DNA of 64,000 bases from Balanoglossus misakiensis (taxonomy: Eukaryota; Animalia; Hemichordata). The position numbers and the translations under genes were made by a program. Position 1 is the first letter of the stretch. Each line of letters starts with the position of its first letter. Positions 40,201 to 52,299 of the stretch are shown here, piece by piece. The notes beneath the pieces were generated by a model. The model saw only the letters and a list, made by a program, of their open reading frames with translations, did no database searches and was not told the origin of the DNA. The DNA is taken from contig CM082579.2 in assembly GCA_040954595.2 (NCBI GenBank), positions 7,987,625 to 8,051,624 on the forward strand, read 5' to 3'.

Positions 40201-40955
40201 TCGATGTCGGTGAGTGAAAGAGAGCCAAGCAGTCTTGGCAACAATTTTACCACCTGCAACACGCTACTGGGAAAATAGAAGCCTGCCCAAGTGACGTTCG
40301 CACAAAGCTGTACACGTCCGACATTGTAATTGGCTGTAGAGATCAATCGACCTCCGAGTGAATACAAATGGCAAAGTCAGCAGTAATATTTGCATATTAT
40401 CAATTTTGGTGCCACGATCACATACGCTCTGAAGAAACAGATAGGACCCTTACTCCCATGACGATAATTTCACTCATACGACAAAAAAAAAAAAATCCTG
40501 ATTCATGATGAGAATACCACAGACACAACAATGGGTTAAAATCAAATGTGGCACAAGTGTATCGTAAGTGCACACGCAAAATATGCAAGTCTACTTTGTA
40601 CATATATGCAAACCTGAAAATGGCTCTCTCACAGTACAGTCCAAACAAAGCTCACGATCTGTGCAAAACAAAAGAAATACTCACCCGTGGCATAATTATC
40701 ATCATCCTGAGGAACCTTGCCGTTGTTGAAAGCTTTTTTGACATCATAGGCCTTCATCGTTTCATCCGAACCGTACGAGGTGGGGCCAGGCTTAATATTT
40801 TGCGGCGGTCCGACCGCGACGTCGTCAGACCCGGGCAGCTGGCTATCTGTCGGATCTTCATCTGCTGAGGAGTTGCTGTATCGCTGCTGCGCTTGAAGTT
40901 CGCGACGCGTACGGAGAGCAGACGACTTTCCTTTCCCTCGGTCCTTGCCGTCCAT
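113..40955 (-). CDS. TENM: Teneurin (Ten-m/Odz family), 21 coding exons, 3'-truncated by the window edge (about 1840 aa in window)
   Basis: Manual exon chaining with GT-AG boundaries and consistent phases. Motifs typical of teneurins: [39 protein letters not shown]+TM+[14 protein letters not shown], 8 EGF repeats, [47 protein letters not shown]. Paralogue identity not assignable. Confidence 0.97.
1629..1786 (-). CDS. TENM: Teneurin coding exon 20 (NHL)
   Basis: [38 protein letters not shown]; donor GAG|GTAAGC; phases 1/0. Confidence 0.95.
2267..2499 (-). CDS. TENM: Teneurin coding exon 19 (NHL)
   Basis: [22 protein letters not shown]...[23 protein letters not shown]; acceptor TTGGTTTCAG; phases 2/1. 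Confidence 0.95.
4376..4381 (-). CDS. TENM: Candidate 6-nt alternatively spliced microexon (AGTGAG) in the NHL domain
   Basis: Minus strand reads CACTGACCTCTGACCTTTGCTGCATCCATTCCACAG|AGTGAG|GTGAGT; frame-preserving in a phase-2 intron. Prediction only, no transcript evidence. Confidence 0.6.
5443..5695 (-). CDS. TENM: Teneurin coding exon 18 (start of NHL beta-propeller)
   Basis: [59 protein letters not shown]; donor CA|GTAAGT (phase 2). Confidence 0.96.
5814..5954 (-). CDS. TENM: Teneurin coding exon 17 (Ig-like/FN-plug)
   Basis: [27 protein letters not shown]; GT-AG, phases 1/1. Confidence 0.95.
6309..6576 (-). CDS. TENM: Teneurin coding exon 16 (Ig-like/FN-plug)
   Basis: [48 protein letters not shown]; GT-AG, phases 0/1. 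Confidence 0.95.
7037..7289 (-). CDS. TENM: Teneurin coding exon 15
   Basis: [20 protein letters not shown]...ADTQ; donor CAG|GTAAAT; phases 2/0. Confidence 0.93.
7532..7657 (-). CDS. TENM: Teneurin coding exon 14 (TTR/carboxypeptidase-regulatory-like domain)
   Basis: [21 protein letters not shown]...[10 protein letters not shown]; acceptor TCTTTCAG, donor AT|GTAAGT; absent from the ORF track. Confidence 0.93.
7961..8315 (-). CDS. TENM: Teneurin coding exon 13 (EGF8 and Cys-rich region)
   Basis: [13 protein letters not shown]...[24 protein letters not shown]; donor AG|GTAAGC; phases 1/2. Confidence 0.96.
8578..8769 (-). CDS. TENM: Teneurin coding exon 12 (EGF6-EGF7)
   Basis: [15 protein letters not shown]...[14 protein letters not shown]; acceptor TTTTCAG, donor G|GTAAGA. 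Confidence 0.95.
9056..9385 (-). CDS. TENM: Teneurin coding exon 11 (EGF4-EGF5 with acidic insert)
   Basis: [14 protein letters not shown]...[27 protein letters not shown]; acceptor CCACCAG, donor AAG|GTTAGT. Confidence 0.93.
9809..10000 (-). CDS. TENM: Teneurin coding exon 10 (EGF2-EGF3)
   Basis: [19 protein letters not shown]... EGF2 has Tyr at the Cys3 position, as teneurins do; GT-AG, phases 1/1. Confidence 0.95.
10312..10422 (-). CDS. TENM: Teneurin coding exon 9 (EGF1)
   Basis: [37 protein letters not shown]; acceptor TTTTTTTAG, donor G|GTAAGT; too short for the ORF track. Confidence 0.93.
11202..11750 (-). CDS. TENM: Teneurin coding exon 8 (pre-EGF linker domain with furin sites)
   Basis: [58 protein letters not shown]; acceptor TTTTCACAG, donor AAG|GTGAGT. 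Confidence 0.94.
14610..14729 (-). CDS. TENM: Teneurin coding exon 7 (end of TM, start of ectodomain stalk)
   Basis: [14 protein letters not shown]... resembles vertebrate AMHLxGLNW; acceptor TTTCTATAG, donor CAG|GTAAAA; phases 1/1. Confidence 0.85.
23960..24118 (-). mobile_element. Degenerate tRNA-derived SINE (5' head plus CORE-like segment)
   Basis: Minus strand: A-box TGGCCTAGTGG (24108-24098), B-box-like GGTTTGATTCC (24064-24054), then TTGTGCCCTTGAGCTTAGGCACTTCACC resembling a CORE-type SINE central domain. Boundaries approximate. Confidence 0.7.
24412..24457. repeat. (TC)n dinucleotide tract, interrupted
   Basis: Directly visible. Confidence 0.8.
28985..29197. mobile_element. MITE (Tc1/mariner-type), copy 1
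   Basis: Perfect 13-bp TIRs CTGTAAAACACTT/AAGTGTTTTACAG flanked by TA on both sides; 213 bp, non-coding. Confidence 0.85.
29229..29491 (-). CDS. TENM: Teneurin coding exon 6 (basic juxtamembrane region and transmembrane helix)
   Basis: Frame absent from the ORF track: YHCGEYPGG...[40 protein letters not shown]; acceptor TTTCTCGGCAG, donor G|GTGAGT; phases 2/1. Confidence 0.93.
31762..31790 (-). mobile_element. Possible Helitron/Helentron-type 3' terminal hairpin
   Basis: GCGGTTCG-3nt-CGAACCGC stem-loop overlapping CTAG and followed by a T run on the minus strand; other end not identified. Confidence 0.3.
32612..33017 (-). CDS. TENM: Teneurin coding exon 5 (proline-rich intracellular segment)
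   Basis: APTVNQD...[11 protein letters not shown]...PPIIPPPAP...MQREDR; GC3-rich codons; acceptor TGTTTCAG, donor AG|GTAAGA; phases 1/2. Confidence 0.88.
34957..35164. mobile_element. MITE (Tc1/mariner-type), copy 2 of the same family
   Basis: TA|CTGTAAAACGGGTTATTTTCG ... CGAAAATAACCCGTAACAG|TA; shares internal ACTGCATCGTTATCT and TTACGCGA-TTTTTATTTTCACG blocks with 28985-29197. Confidence 0.85.
35675..35824 (-). CDS. TENM: Teneurin coding exon 4 (intracellular domain, symmetric 150 nt)
   Basis: ..[25 protein letters not shown] resembles the vertebrate FLVKTGSGN-type motif; acceptor TTTGCATGACAG, donor CAG|GTAAGC; phases 1/1. Confidence 0.8.
37093..37265. repeat. Compound microsatellite (TGTC)n(TGTA)n
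   Basis: Directly visible tetranucleotide arrays. Confidence 0.97.
37538..37649 (-). CDS. TENM: Teneurin coding exon 3 (intracellular domain)
   Basis: [37 protein letters not shown] resembles the conserved SSRxNSALTLTDTE motif; acceptor TTTTCAG, donor CAG|GTACTA; phases 0/1. Confidence 0.88.
39151..39284 (-). CDS. TENM: Teneurin coding exon 2 (intracellular domain)
   Basis: [45 protein letters not shown]; branch point CACTAAC, acceptor CCCACAG, donor AAG|GTAAGA; phases 1/0. Exact acceptor ambiguous (tandem AGs). Confidence 0.8.
40685..40955 (-). CDS. TENM: Teneurin coding exon 1 (N-terminus of intracellular domain)
   Basis: MDGKDRGK...[10 protein letters not shown]...[12 protein letters not shown] resembles vertebrate MDVKDR..RYTSSS..SYSSSETLKAYD. 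Kozak-like AAACATGG; donor G|GTGAGT at 40684 (phase 1). Confidence 0.92.
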
Positions 40956-41005
40956 GTTTTATTGGATGTCGTATCTCATCTAGCCCACTCTTTGGATCGA
41001 CTTAT
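40956..41005 (-). other. TENM: 5' UTR part of the ATG-containing exon
   Basis: T-rich tract then TTTTTCGAATTCAG acceptor (AG at 41007-41006); in-frame TAA ends 3 nt before the ATG, so the CDS cannot extend upstream. Confidence 0.7.
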
Positions 41006-44000
41006 CTGAATTCGAAAAATAAAATAAAAATAAAAATCAGAAAATGAAAAGTTTCTGAATTCAATATTCGTGCATGCAGAAATTAGAAGTTGAGATAGGG
41101 GGGGGGGGGGGGGGGATTCAATCGCCCAATAACACCACAGACTTAAATTGCCATAAACAGCTGCTTGGGAAAAGGAAAACATTACAAGTCGCTAATTTCC
41201 TCGACATTACGAAGTCTCTTCCTATCCCAAGATTTCAGTTCCCTCTGTCGGACCCGAAAACATGTTTCCATAAATGCTTAACTCGTAAGCTTTTAATGTG
41301 GCTCAGGGAAGTTCTTTTGAAAAATTCATGACTGGGCTAATAATATCGCTTTTAAAAATTCACGCGATGGAAGTCCTCGGTATTGTTTGGCTGTTTATTG
41401 CGTGTATCAGACGCTCCTCCCCATCCCCCGGCCCGAGAAACGGAAAAGAGATAAAAACAGTGAGAACTATTTTTCACTTGTGATGATTTGATACCACTTA
41501 TATTATTTAGTTGTAAAACGAATGACATAAAACCGCTTTATTGTTTCGTTTTTATGACTGAAAACAACATTAATACATCATCGTAAAGGATTCGCATCAA
41601 TTCAACTGCATTTTATTGTGTGGCATTAGTCTCATTCACATAGCAGAAAAATAATAGTCAAAGGGAAAGTTGTTGAAGGTCATCGATCGAAAAAGAAGAT
41701 CAGTGTGTGTAAGCTACCAAGTTTTCATATTTCTTTGTCATCTAGTCTATTGTCAACTAGTTTCCTCTTCCCAGCCTGTAAGTATTTTATTATAATTGAC
41801 AGCAAAATCCCGCATTCTACAGTTTCAATACCATTCGTCGAAGCAAGTTTAAAAAAATCACCAAAAGTTATAACTCCAGTCTTCATGAAATGACCAATCA
41901 CAGAGTGTCATTATTGATGTCACAGTCCCCACTGAAAGCAAACGACAAAAGGAATTTCAAATACCCAGCATCCCCTGCATGCAGCACCAGCAGAGCAGGT
42001 GGCTGGGTCAAAAGTTCACACCAGGTCAAAGGTTAACAAACAAATGCCATTCACAAGTGTATCTGTAATACATTCATGAGCCGTAATTAATTTACAGCAA
42101 TCCCAGATTTCTTTCTACAAAAAAAAGAAAGGATTTTACGACCAATTCACTAACTATGCTATTAAGACAAACATCCTGCATACACTTGACTTGATGAGGA
42201 AAAATCATGCGAGAAACCGAAATTGCCACAAAAAAAAGATTCAATTTCATTCTTGAAATTAGTATTCAGCATGACCTAAACTGTACATTCAGGGATAAGT
42301 TATTTACATCAATCAAGCTGTAAATAAGGTGGGTTTTAATGACCTTTAAATGGACTACATACACCGCTGTGAGATTTCTTCATCGCAGAGCCAAGAATCC
42401 ATATTTTGCAAAGCCTGACTTTGTGAGAAACAGTCAAACGCCCCTGGAACTTTCAACACACGACTCAGAAACCATTTTAGTTGCAGTGAATCACAAATTA
42501 TGGGCCTTTTCATTTTCTCATAAATGTCAATTTACCATGTTGAAAATCACACCTGAAGTAACTTTTCTAGAATAAAAGTATGATTGCCTGTATATAGGCT
42601 GACTTTATTACTTGATCTGGTGAGCAATATTACTCTCATATTTGAGAAATCATATTGATTTCTGAATTTTTATTTTTAACTACTGCAAGATGGGACAGAC
42701 ATGGGTTACAGATTGAATAAAGTTTGATGGAGGAAATACGCCTGCTGCAAAAAAACAAATTATGGAATATTGATTTGAGATATTACTGCGAAATGAAATT
42801 ATGTTGTCAATTGCGAAGGTAGTGATACACACACATGCACATTGATGCATGTTTGATGATAAAAAATCCAGTCGTAGTCATACATACATAGGGATGACAG
42901 ATTTCTGAATGTTGGTAATATGCCCATGTTATTTTCTCTGAGCTCATAATTATTTTAGTTGGCAGACTATACACTACACAGGAGTTAGGATTAACAATCA
43001 ACATGATAACTCATACAATAATGTTGATAATTAATTCTTTGTATCCCTTAGATACGAAAAAAAAATTAAAATGACAAAATTTTAGTTTCCGTTATCAGAA
43101 CAGCATAATTCACTTTGATGTATGGTGATACTGATTGTGATGAAAACCCCTCTGACTATATAAGGAAAGGTAATTTAGGCAAAATGTAGATATGAACACA
43201 ATCGCCACAAAATACACTCTAATAGGGGAAAATAGGCTTGAATACATTGTGAATAAATCATATTGGGAACTCTATAGGCGTACAAAAATCCTGTCACTCG
43301 GTTTCTATTATTCATTGTGTTACATCAATTGAATTGAAAGAGTTCCCGGGCGAGTCTCACACAGGTCCCTGGCATTCAGAACACATCTTTCATATCAGCG
43401 CTCAAAATGGCTCTATTCATAAGATGTGCCATTTTTTTTTTATTTCAATACAAAATGGTTATAAGATGCCATTACGGCTGCATTTGAACTGATAAGCAGG
43501 AGTCTGCCAAGATTATTGTCGTCGCACACGAGTCTGGGATTCAGAATTGACTTTAAGAGGGAGTCAATGTTACACTTTTCCCTGAGGAAAGTGTGATGTT
43601 CACCTGAGGTGGATTATCATATCTCATTACTTCCCAAATCAAACCTCGATTTTTGGGGGGGCCATTTTTAGAAAAAAATTCCCAAGGAAATTGACGGATA
43701 ATTGCACTCTGCATCCACCTGTAGCATGATGTACCTTATTATTAAGAGGAGCAATGCAAAAGTACAAACAAACAAACAAACAAGGCAAGGACTGCAGTGG
43801 GATCTGGGGGTCATGAACCCTGCAAGCCCCTGCAGGTTGCCACGGCAGCTGATAATCGAGTCCCCGTCCTTAACAGATACGAGCTCCATCATCCAACACA
43901 TCCACAATTGTATCACAGTTCACCGGGAGGTGAGAATAATGCACAGCTGAATCTAACGAGACAGCATTACAACAGACAGATGCGAAATCCGACCGTCGGA

Positions 44001-47000
44001 ATCCAATTGAGAAGATGTCTGACTTCACACACATATCAGAGAGGTTTTATTGATTGTCCAACACATTAATTATCAAACCATTAGGCTGAGGGGAAACAAA
44101 AACCTACTACACGCAAATGCACCTTTAATTAAAAGCATTCCATTTTTGTAATCTTAGCAGAGCATCAAAGGTAATTGATTCCAATAAAACCAGACGTTGT
44201 TCCAGGATTTATTTTCTGCCACCACAAATGGATGCATTAACAAATAAATCATTAATTAAACAACCGGGATTGCCCGAGTCTGTGATCTCCATAAAAGTCA
44301 ACCCCGGACAGTCATTTTTTTTGTTTTCTTTTTTTAATATCCGTTGTTGTGTTGCTTATGAATTTGAATTCCATCGCACTGAGCAAACATAGCGGTGAAT
44401 AAAGAACCTGACTCTTTATTGATTTGTGAAGCAATGTCCGCGGGCTATTGGGGGGGAACTCTAACACCGCATTCAGAGCTAGCCGGGATTTTCCAGGCCG
44501 CCGATTGGTCTATCCCTAGGCTATACTTTAATACGTTTCACATGCTGCTTCCATTTCACACACACACACAAAGCGGGGGTTGTGTACGACTCGGGCTGTA
44601 ATCTCTCCCGTTTCGCCGGCGCATGCAAAAACAGCCAGTGCGCAACGTTGCGGTGGCTTGTGTAGTCGTGACTGAAAGATTTTTGTTCGCTTTTTTCCCC
44701 CCGTCTTCTTCCTGAGGCTTCCTGGTTTGCGCAGCAAAAGCGACAACAAAGGAACTGCCGAGGTACCTGCTGCTCGTTTAATACGAATCTCCCAAAATGT
44801 GTGAATGCGCAAATATGAAATATGCAGTTACATGCAGGGCAGGTTGAAGGCTTCACTGTAGAAAGCTATCAACTGCCTCTGCACACAAAGAGGAAGGAAT
44901 AAAATTCTGTCTCATTTCCAGTAAGTTACTGAGTCTGTACATGCATTGTTTACCTTTTCATCGATGCAGATAAGGTAGACTTTGTCATGATATGGCTGGC
45001 CAGTAACCATGGTTACATTTATGACACAGAGGATTTTTCTCTCAATCACAGGAATATGAAGCTGGCAGTAAGTAGCTGGACCCCTCAACTCAGCTCTACC
45101 GCACAGATTTCACTCTCATAAGTTTATCGTAAACTTCCACCATCAATTTGTTTTTACACTGACAAATTTCAATATACACTGAATGTGTATACATCTGGAA
45201 AATATTCACAAATGGAAATGAAAAATAATGTAGATACAGTTGTATTAGAATGATATTATACATCCAGCACTTTGGAACTTAAAACTGCTAAGAAGACAGA
45301 AAATATTTTTTTTCCAGTATAAGTGATAGGAAACTTCTTCCAAATTGTTATTCCAAACATTTCCACTGGGAAGATTTATTTTTTATGGTTGGCTATAAAC
45401 AGGAACTGTTTCCTAACCATTTAATCCATGTCACTTGACTAGTACACATTGAGAAATGCAAGAACTACAGCAACTTTTATAGCCCAAGTGAGACCTTATT
45501 TTCACGTTGTAAAATTTGATAAACGCACCTTTCAACATTCACTTCTCTCTCACATTTCTTGGCGGGCGAGAAAGTGAGACAAAATTTGTCGATGGGGGTC
45601 GGTTTGGAGCAGAAAATCAATTATGCCACGTTTGATATCAAACGGCGGACTGGTGCACGACGAAAATGCCAGGATGTAAAGGTCACAAGAGGTCGCACGA
45701 ACGGCTACACGTAAATCACACACAAAATGGTGGTTGACTTTCACGCTTCCTTGATCTGGAACATCAGTGTATAACGGGCAATTATCTGTGATAGGGCCAT
45801 CAAGTACAACAATTTTCAAAAACACCTGCTTCTGAAATCTGTACAAGTGAAACTGGAGACTGTTCCCATACATTTAAGCAAGTTTGGGTGGATTTGATAA
45901 TTATTAAGACACTGGCTACAGAATGGCATAGTTTACATGTAGATCCCTGACGTGTAGAAAATTATTTTGCTGTATTGACTCAGTCTCTGCAACCTGACCT
46001 ACAATGTACACTGAGGATAATCCAACGTTCATCACTATAAAAACTGACATTCAATCACTTGAAACATTACACCGGCTCGGAAATTTTGTCCAAATTATGC
46101 CCGGAATACTTTTCACCGCGTCCATACAGCACATGGAATATCATAACCTGCCCTGCAGGTCCGTAATATTTAATTCTTTTTCCCCCATCACTCATCTTCA
46201 AGTTTTCAAAATCAACAAGCACAACTTGTAACTCAATACTTTATTGACTTTTCAATCAAATTCCTTTCTTCCTGATTTGCATTTCCATTATCAATCAAAT
46301 TCTTTTTCGCATTTTCCGATACTCCTATCTCTCCACTGCATCACCAATGATTAATAACAATACGCGATAACATTTGCCTTGTTTGCCTATGGAGCCCCTC
46401 AAGTTACCCTCCTTCAAGTCTTAATTGATTTCTCAGGTCTAGTGTAAACGCGAAACTAAATTTCTTTGAGAAATTTTTGGAATTCAACTGGGCACATTTC
46501 AATACAACTTACTTATTATCTGGTCTGAAATCTAGTAGGGGTTTCAGGTTTTGCCAACTTTAATTTGAATTCCAAATATTGAGAACTCGAAAACAAAAAC
46601 AAAAACTTCTTACAATAAAAGCTCCTTATTTATTTTGGTTTTGGATTTCAGTTGAAATATACAATTTTCAAATGCAACAAAAAAGATAAATGTTAATTTG
46701 ACAATTATAAACATTTTCATATCTGCCTGAAAATACCAGGAAACGCACAAGTAGAAGTTGGTTAGTCATAAGTACCATGCTGTTAAGTCTACTTCATAAA
46801 TGTACACATTATATCATAATGATGCTTAGATCAAGGGTTTTATTACAAATAAACCCTTCTGCCTGCTTTGTTATGAAGTACCTACAATCTACTACTAACA
46901 ATGTACATACCCGGTATATGTCCTAAAAGAAAGACTGACAAAAACAAAAGAATCATTTTTTTATTTTATTAGATGTGGTTATGTTACTATGGTAATCGTG

Positions 47001-49128
47001 ACTATCGGTACTTGGTCAAAGCATATTCATACCAGAACAAACATTTCATTTCTACTTAAAATATCACAAAGAAATGGCCTGCCTGCACCAAGATTGCTTA
47101 GGGCAAAAGGCTACCCTGCACTGTAAACATTGCTACTTCTATGTTTAGCCTACAGTATCCTGTTTATAATATGACTTGTTTTCAAGCGGTTCGGATGATG
47201 GCTACCTCGTGAGGTTCCAAGTACTGCATTATGGCTAATCAGCTACTGTGATACAAAAACTTTCTGGTACAAATCTAATCACTGATAAGGCTAGCCCTAG
47301 TTTTCTGCCAAATGCGCTCCAGGGCTAGGCTAACTGTTGATTTAAAACACTGGAGAACCCAATCTCCATCTTACCAAGTGGCTGGCTACAGCTTCCGAGT
47401 AGGTCAGCCAAAACACCAGTCAACCTTTAAAGTCCCAAGTTTGCAATGCAGACAATCCTTGACATATTCACTGCACTGTTTATATCACACACAATGGGCA
47501 GACTCCAGCTTTATATCAAAACCAGCACATCAAAAGAAACTCTGTATTAAAGCCTTATTTTTGTGAAGCTGATGCCATTTAGAAATCTCCAAAGCAACAG
47601 AGCCGCATCAGAGAGACACTGAAACCTGTCTTTGTGTACAGTTGATGCGATGTCGCAATCTCCATAGCAACAGAACCTCTCTATCTTAAAACTTCGGGAC
47701 GGGCGGATTTGGGCTGGATACAATGAGACCAGTCTACATTTTGTACCAGGGGATTTACATCGTCCGCCGAGCGGTCGGAATCCCAAATCGGGGGCTTAAA
47801 GACTTGGTAACCCGAAACCCAATCTCAAATATTTCCCCGGTATTTGAATCATTAAATTGAAATGGACACCACAGACCCTGCGCTGACAATTCTCACAGGC
47901 CGTTTCAAAATAATATACACAAGTGTGCGCTCTTGTCGACCCATGGCCTTACAACACAAAAGCCAGTAAACTATTAGGAGTAACCCGTTTCCCTGAACAC
48001 CATCTTGTTGCTAGTTTTCTGGTTTATTCTTGCGATAGCATGATTTTTGGGGGCTACAACTGGTCCACATTGCAAGGCTAGATCATAAACATTCCACCTT
48101 TTCCTAGTGCCTTTTGTCCTCGGCTTTTACAGTCACTTTTATTGCCGTTTCAACATATACTTAAATCTGAATTTTCTAATAATAAACTTTATACATAGCC
48201 ACAAGGGACCTCGAAGTCCATGTTAACTGAAGGCAAGCACACATATGTAAGTAATCAAATCTACTCTAACTGGACTGAAGTGTTGGCAGGAACTTCATAA
48301 AAATGTGCTGGCAAGCAATCTTCATCTCCCTCTGTTGAGATAAAATTCTCTGAAACGTACTTCTGAGTGCACAGTCATGTAGCGGGTACTACGCCATAAT
48401 TCTGAAACTTAAATGTTTGCATGCAATCGCCCAATATTTATTCTGCAATTGACCTTACAAGGTCAAGTACTCCATGATTTCATCAATAGACGAGGAATAC
48501 AAAAGGATAGTTCCAATAAAAATGCACTCATCTCTAACTTCTAAGAAAAAAGCTTTCAGGAGATGCCAAAAGTGAATCAACTGAGCTTGTCCATATGCAC
48601 CATCCATTCTACTCGGGTGTACAAATTGACTTTTCACAGGTGCAGCACTATTTCGCAGTGGCGTACACTTACACTGGTTTCCATCACGGGGTCTTGACAT
48701 CGCCCAGCTAATGATATCACTAATTTTTTCTAAGTAACCCACCCAGAGTGAGTTCATGACGATCGGTGACCCTCTCATTCTCATGCTGTCTGTAAATGTG
48801 CACGCAAAGGAACTCGAAAACGCAGCCAGACCTCGTTTGGTCGGGGGGGATTTATGAGTCATATTCATACATTTTTCACTGGCTGCTAATAGTTGAAATA
48901 TGAATCAGAAAGTGTCTTTTTTCTCCTTTCCCTGTACGTAAGTGAGGAGTTAATGGTTCTGAAAACTTCATCAGACGCGAGTTCTGCTGCACTTTTCTAC
49001 TACAATGAATCTTTTGTGTCTGGTGATTGAGTATAAAAGGCATTGCTCAAGCATTAACAAACACAAAGAAGAGTTTATTCTCTATAAAGGCTTAAGTGGA
49101 TACATATACATATACATACATATACACA

Positions 49129-49243
49129 TTAATGAATGAATGAATGAATGAATGGATGAATGAATGAATGAATGAACGACTGAATGAACGAACGACTAAA
49201 TGAACGAATGAATGGATGAATGAATGAATGAATGAATGAATGA
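49129..49243. repeat. (TGAA)n microsatellite, imperfect
   Basis: Directly visible; preceded by a short (TACA/TA) array. Confidence 0.95.
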
Positions 49244-52200
49244 AATTGATTAATTAAAATATTTTTTTTGGATGACACACAACATCCATGTGTGTAGAGG
49301 AGACTGGAAAAGGGTTCAGTATACATTGGTATACAGATTACTTCTGTTGGGTCCTCTCTCGGTTGTTCTTGAGAACTGTTACCACCACCTTTCATCACAG
49401 GATATCAGCGCAAAGATAATGGTTACTACAGTAGCGATGATGTGAATGACTTCATTATTAGCAGAGAGACAGGAAATACACCTACAGACATTCTTTTTCA
49501 TCAGAGATTTAAGTTTAGAGACCTTGTTTTGCAGAAACTGGCAACAATCAAACTTTCAGTAGTTCTATTTCTGGCAAAACCAATCACGGCAGCGGCTATA
49601 AAACTTTGATAGAGCTGGAACTTCTGGGCAGTGCAATCCCAAGACATGTGATAAAAAAGCCTTACCCACAGAGAAAACCTGACTGCAGATTTATTTCTGA
49701 TACTCTTACGTAAGTTGGAGATTTAGAATGACCGAACGTTACTTGCGGCACACCAAATGCCCTCGCCTGCTGTTTAATAATTTGTGGGAAGAGTCTGATG
49801 TTTAATTATTTGCGAGGGGTTGTCTGAAACTTTGAAAAATTTAATGTGAGGTGTTTCTAAAGACTGTTCTTTCATGCTAATCCGAGTCTGGTTTGTCTGA
49901 TTCAAATTACTGATGCAACAAAAGTACGAACGACCCTCACTTTAAAGTCTTCACTTCAAAAACAATCTCAGCGATGACAAGATCTGTCAGCAATCACCTA
50001 CGAGTGTTTCTGCGAAATCTCAATCCCAGCGTAACCCAGACAGTGGCTAATTTTAACCCTCTGTGTCAAATTAATTTTCTCAATAATGTTATGTTTGTGT
50101 AACCTTCTGACCGACCCATTTATCAACTTTTTTTTCCAGGTCTGTTTTCCCGGTGGCCGTGCTGTGGCCGGACTCTCAACATTCCTGGTTTTGGTCTTCA
50201 AGACTTATAGCCAGACTGGTGATGGATGGCATTCTTACTTGACACCTGTTTATTATAAGTCTGCTCCAAGTCTGAGCTTTCCGTGTAGTCCGTACAGACA
50301 ACCTCAATGTGTGAACCCTACGTCGGGCATTAAGGTACATGTAGCACATGCCTAATTCTGTCTTATAAACTTTCTCTCATATTTTGCTCAAGGCAACTTT
50401 AGATTATTCATTCTTAAAATTGAGAATAAAAATTAGGTATCACTGTGCGAAAATTTTGACTGACAGAGCAAAAGTGTCAACTTGTCTCAAATTTGAAATT
50501 CAAAATGGCCGCCAATCTCAGTGTTATGTTAAGTCTATGGAGAACATTTATTTTCATGAAAACAAGATGGTGACAAAATTGGAAGGTGTGCTCTACAGTG
50601 GAGGACTATCATTATTCCCAAAATCTGTCCCCAAGATGCATAACAAGGAGAATACTGGGTGTGAGTCCCTTTAAAGCACTGTATATCACGTTTTCCTTTC
50701 AATCTGCGGTCTACCTCAAAACATCTTTAAGCTGGCACCTTCTCATACATATACATGGAATACCAACACTTTATTAAGAAAGAAACCTGCTGGCAGGATT
50801 GCCTAATCTCTCTCTCTTTCTCTCCTTCTTTGAGTGCTTTGCGTGCATGCATAAGTTCTACACTTAGAGAACGGAGAAACAGCAGAGAAACCCATCTTCG
50901 ACGGTATCTACGGAAACGTGTACATCTGATAAGACGATGACAAATTGATGTGACTGCTTAAGTTATGATTATTGCTGAGAGACTGGGGCACTTGATACAC
51001 ACAATAATGACCATTAAGAAACCATTTTCACCTGAATACATTCCCTGCTTCAATTATGGATAATAACCCTTCAATATCATAGAATGCCACCTGCTACAGC
51101 TTGTATAATGATGGCCCTGGCAACATGACTGGAGTAGAGACACTGCAAACACCTAGGCACACAAACAGTGAACATCACACACATGTCCAAGTGACTGAGT
51201 GCAAGCTAGCTAGGCACTGTAATAGAGGAACTGCGACCACATATATCTACCATCCTACTCTGATTTCAGAAAGCAAGACGGTATTTCCGCATTTAGACAT
51301 GCCCATCTATTTACACCGACATACATGTGAAAACATTTATTTAGGAGATGTACCGGAATTTCTATTTCCCCCACTGACTGCAACAGCACGTCGGTTTTTA
51401 GTGACGAGTGACTCATTGATTCTGCACCGTTGGTGTGAACGGCCGACTGAGAAAGCGTCAAACCTTGACTGAGAAGCAAATCTCGGCGAACACAAAAAAA
51501 TAGTGAAAGTAAAAAAAACGTGTCGGAAACACACTTCCGACAACTGTGCAGGTGTCGCCTAACAGCTAGCTGCGACACTATGTGAGTGCACCAGCTTTTC
51601 TCTCTTCCCACTTGCATTCCGGGATTGTATCTTCCCTGTCCTGGTAAGGTACATCTATCCTAGTGCATGACAGCTGTAGCATCTGGATGCCAATGTCCCA
51701 GGTACCCAGCATGGATTACCGCTACATTTCGAGAAGACAGCTGAAAAACCTAAATGCATGATTTGAGGCATATTGGTCGTACTCAATGCCAGCACAGATA
51801 TTGCACAAAAACAGGATCTTTAAAGGCCCATTTTGTTGAGACATGGTCATTTATTTAGATGTAAACAACAGATCTTTTGTCTCATCACAGAACTGTTCTG
51901 TGTTTAGACGGACATAATGATGTATGACTGAGTGAGATTCCTCCAAAAGAGAATGCATCTTTCCTGAAAGTTCTGATGAGAACGCTTTCCTGTATAATAA
52001 AGGTTTTTACAGCTTTCTTGAAAAAAGAATTCCGTTTCATATCAACCTCTTTCTGTGAGCAACGGGATGATAAAGGGCAATCGTTCACTCAGAGAAATCT
52101 GAGGTGTCATAAAAAGATTTTACAGCCTCTGATCAACTTTACTGCCATCATGATGAACAGCTCGGGCTGAGAAAACTGACTGGAAATTAAAGTTCTTTTT

Positions 52201-52299
52201 TTGAGAATTCTTCCGATATGAGCACCTATCAATCGATGTACTCTCGTGTAAAATGTTTGAGTATCTGACAATGACCGATGAGAAAGGTACATTTCTGGT

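Noticed and set aside
44480-44810. CpG-rich patch as a candidate teneurin promoter or first exon (similar patch near 61700-62050)
   Set aside because: No way to place a TSS or choose among weak donors from sequence alone.
50330-50675. Probable interspersed DNA-transposon fragment ending in GTCCCTTTAA
   Set aside because: No matching opposite terminus or second copy in the window.
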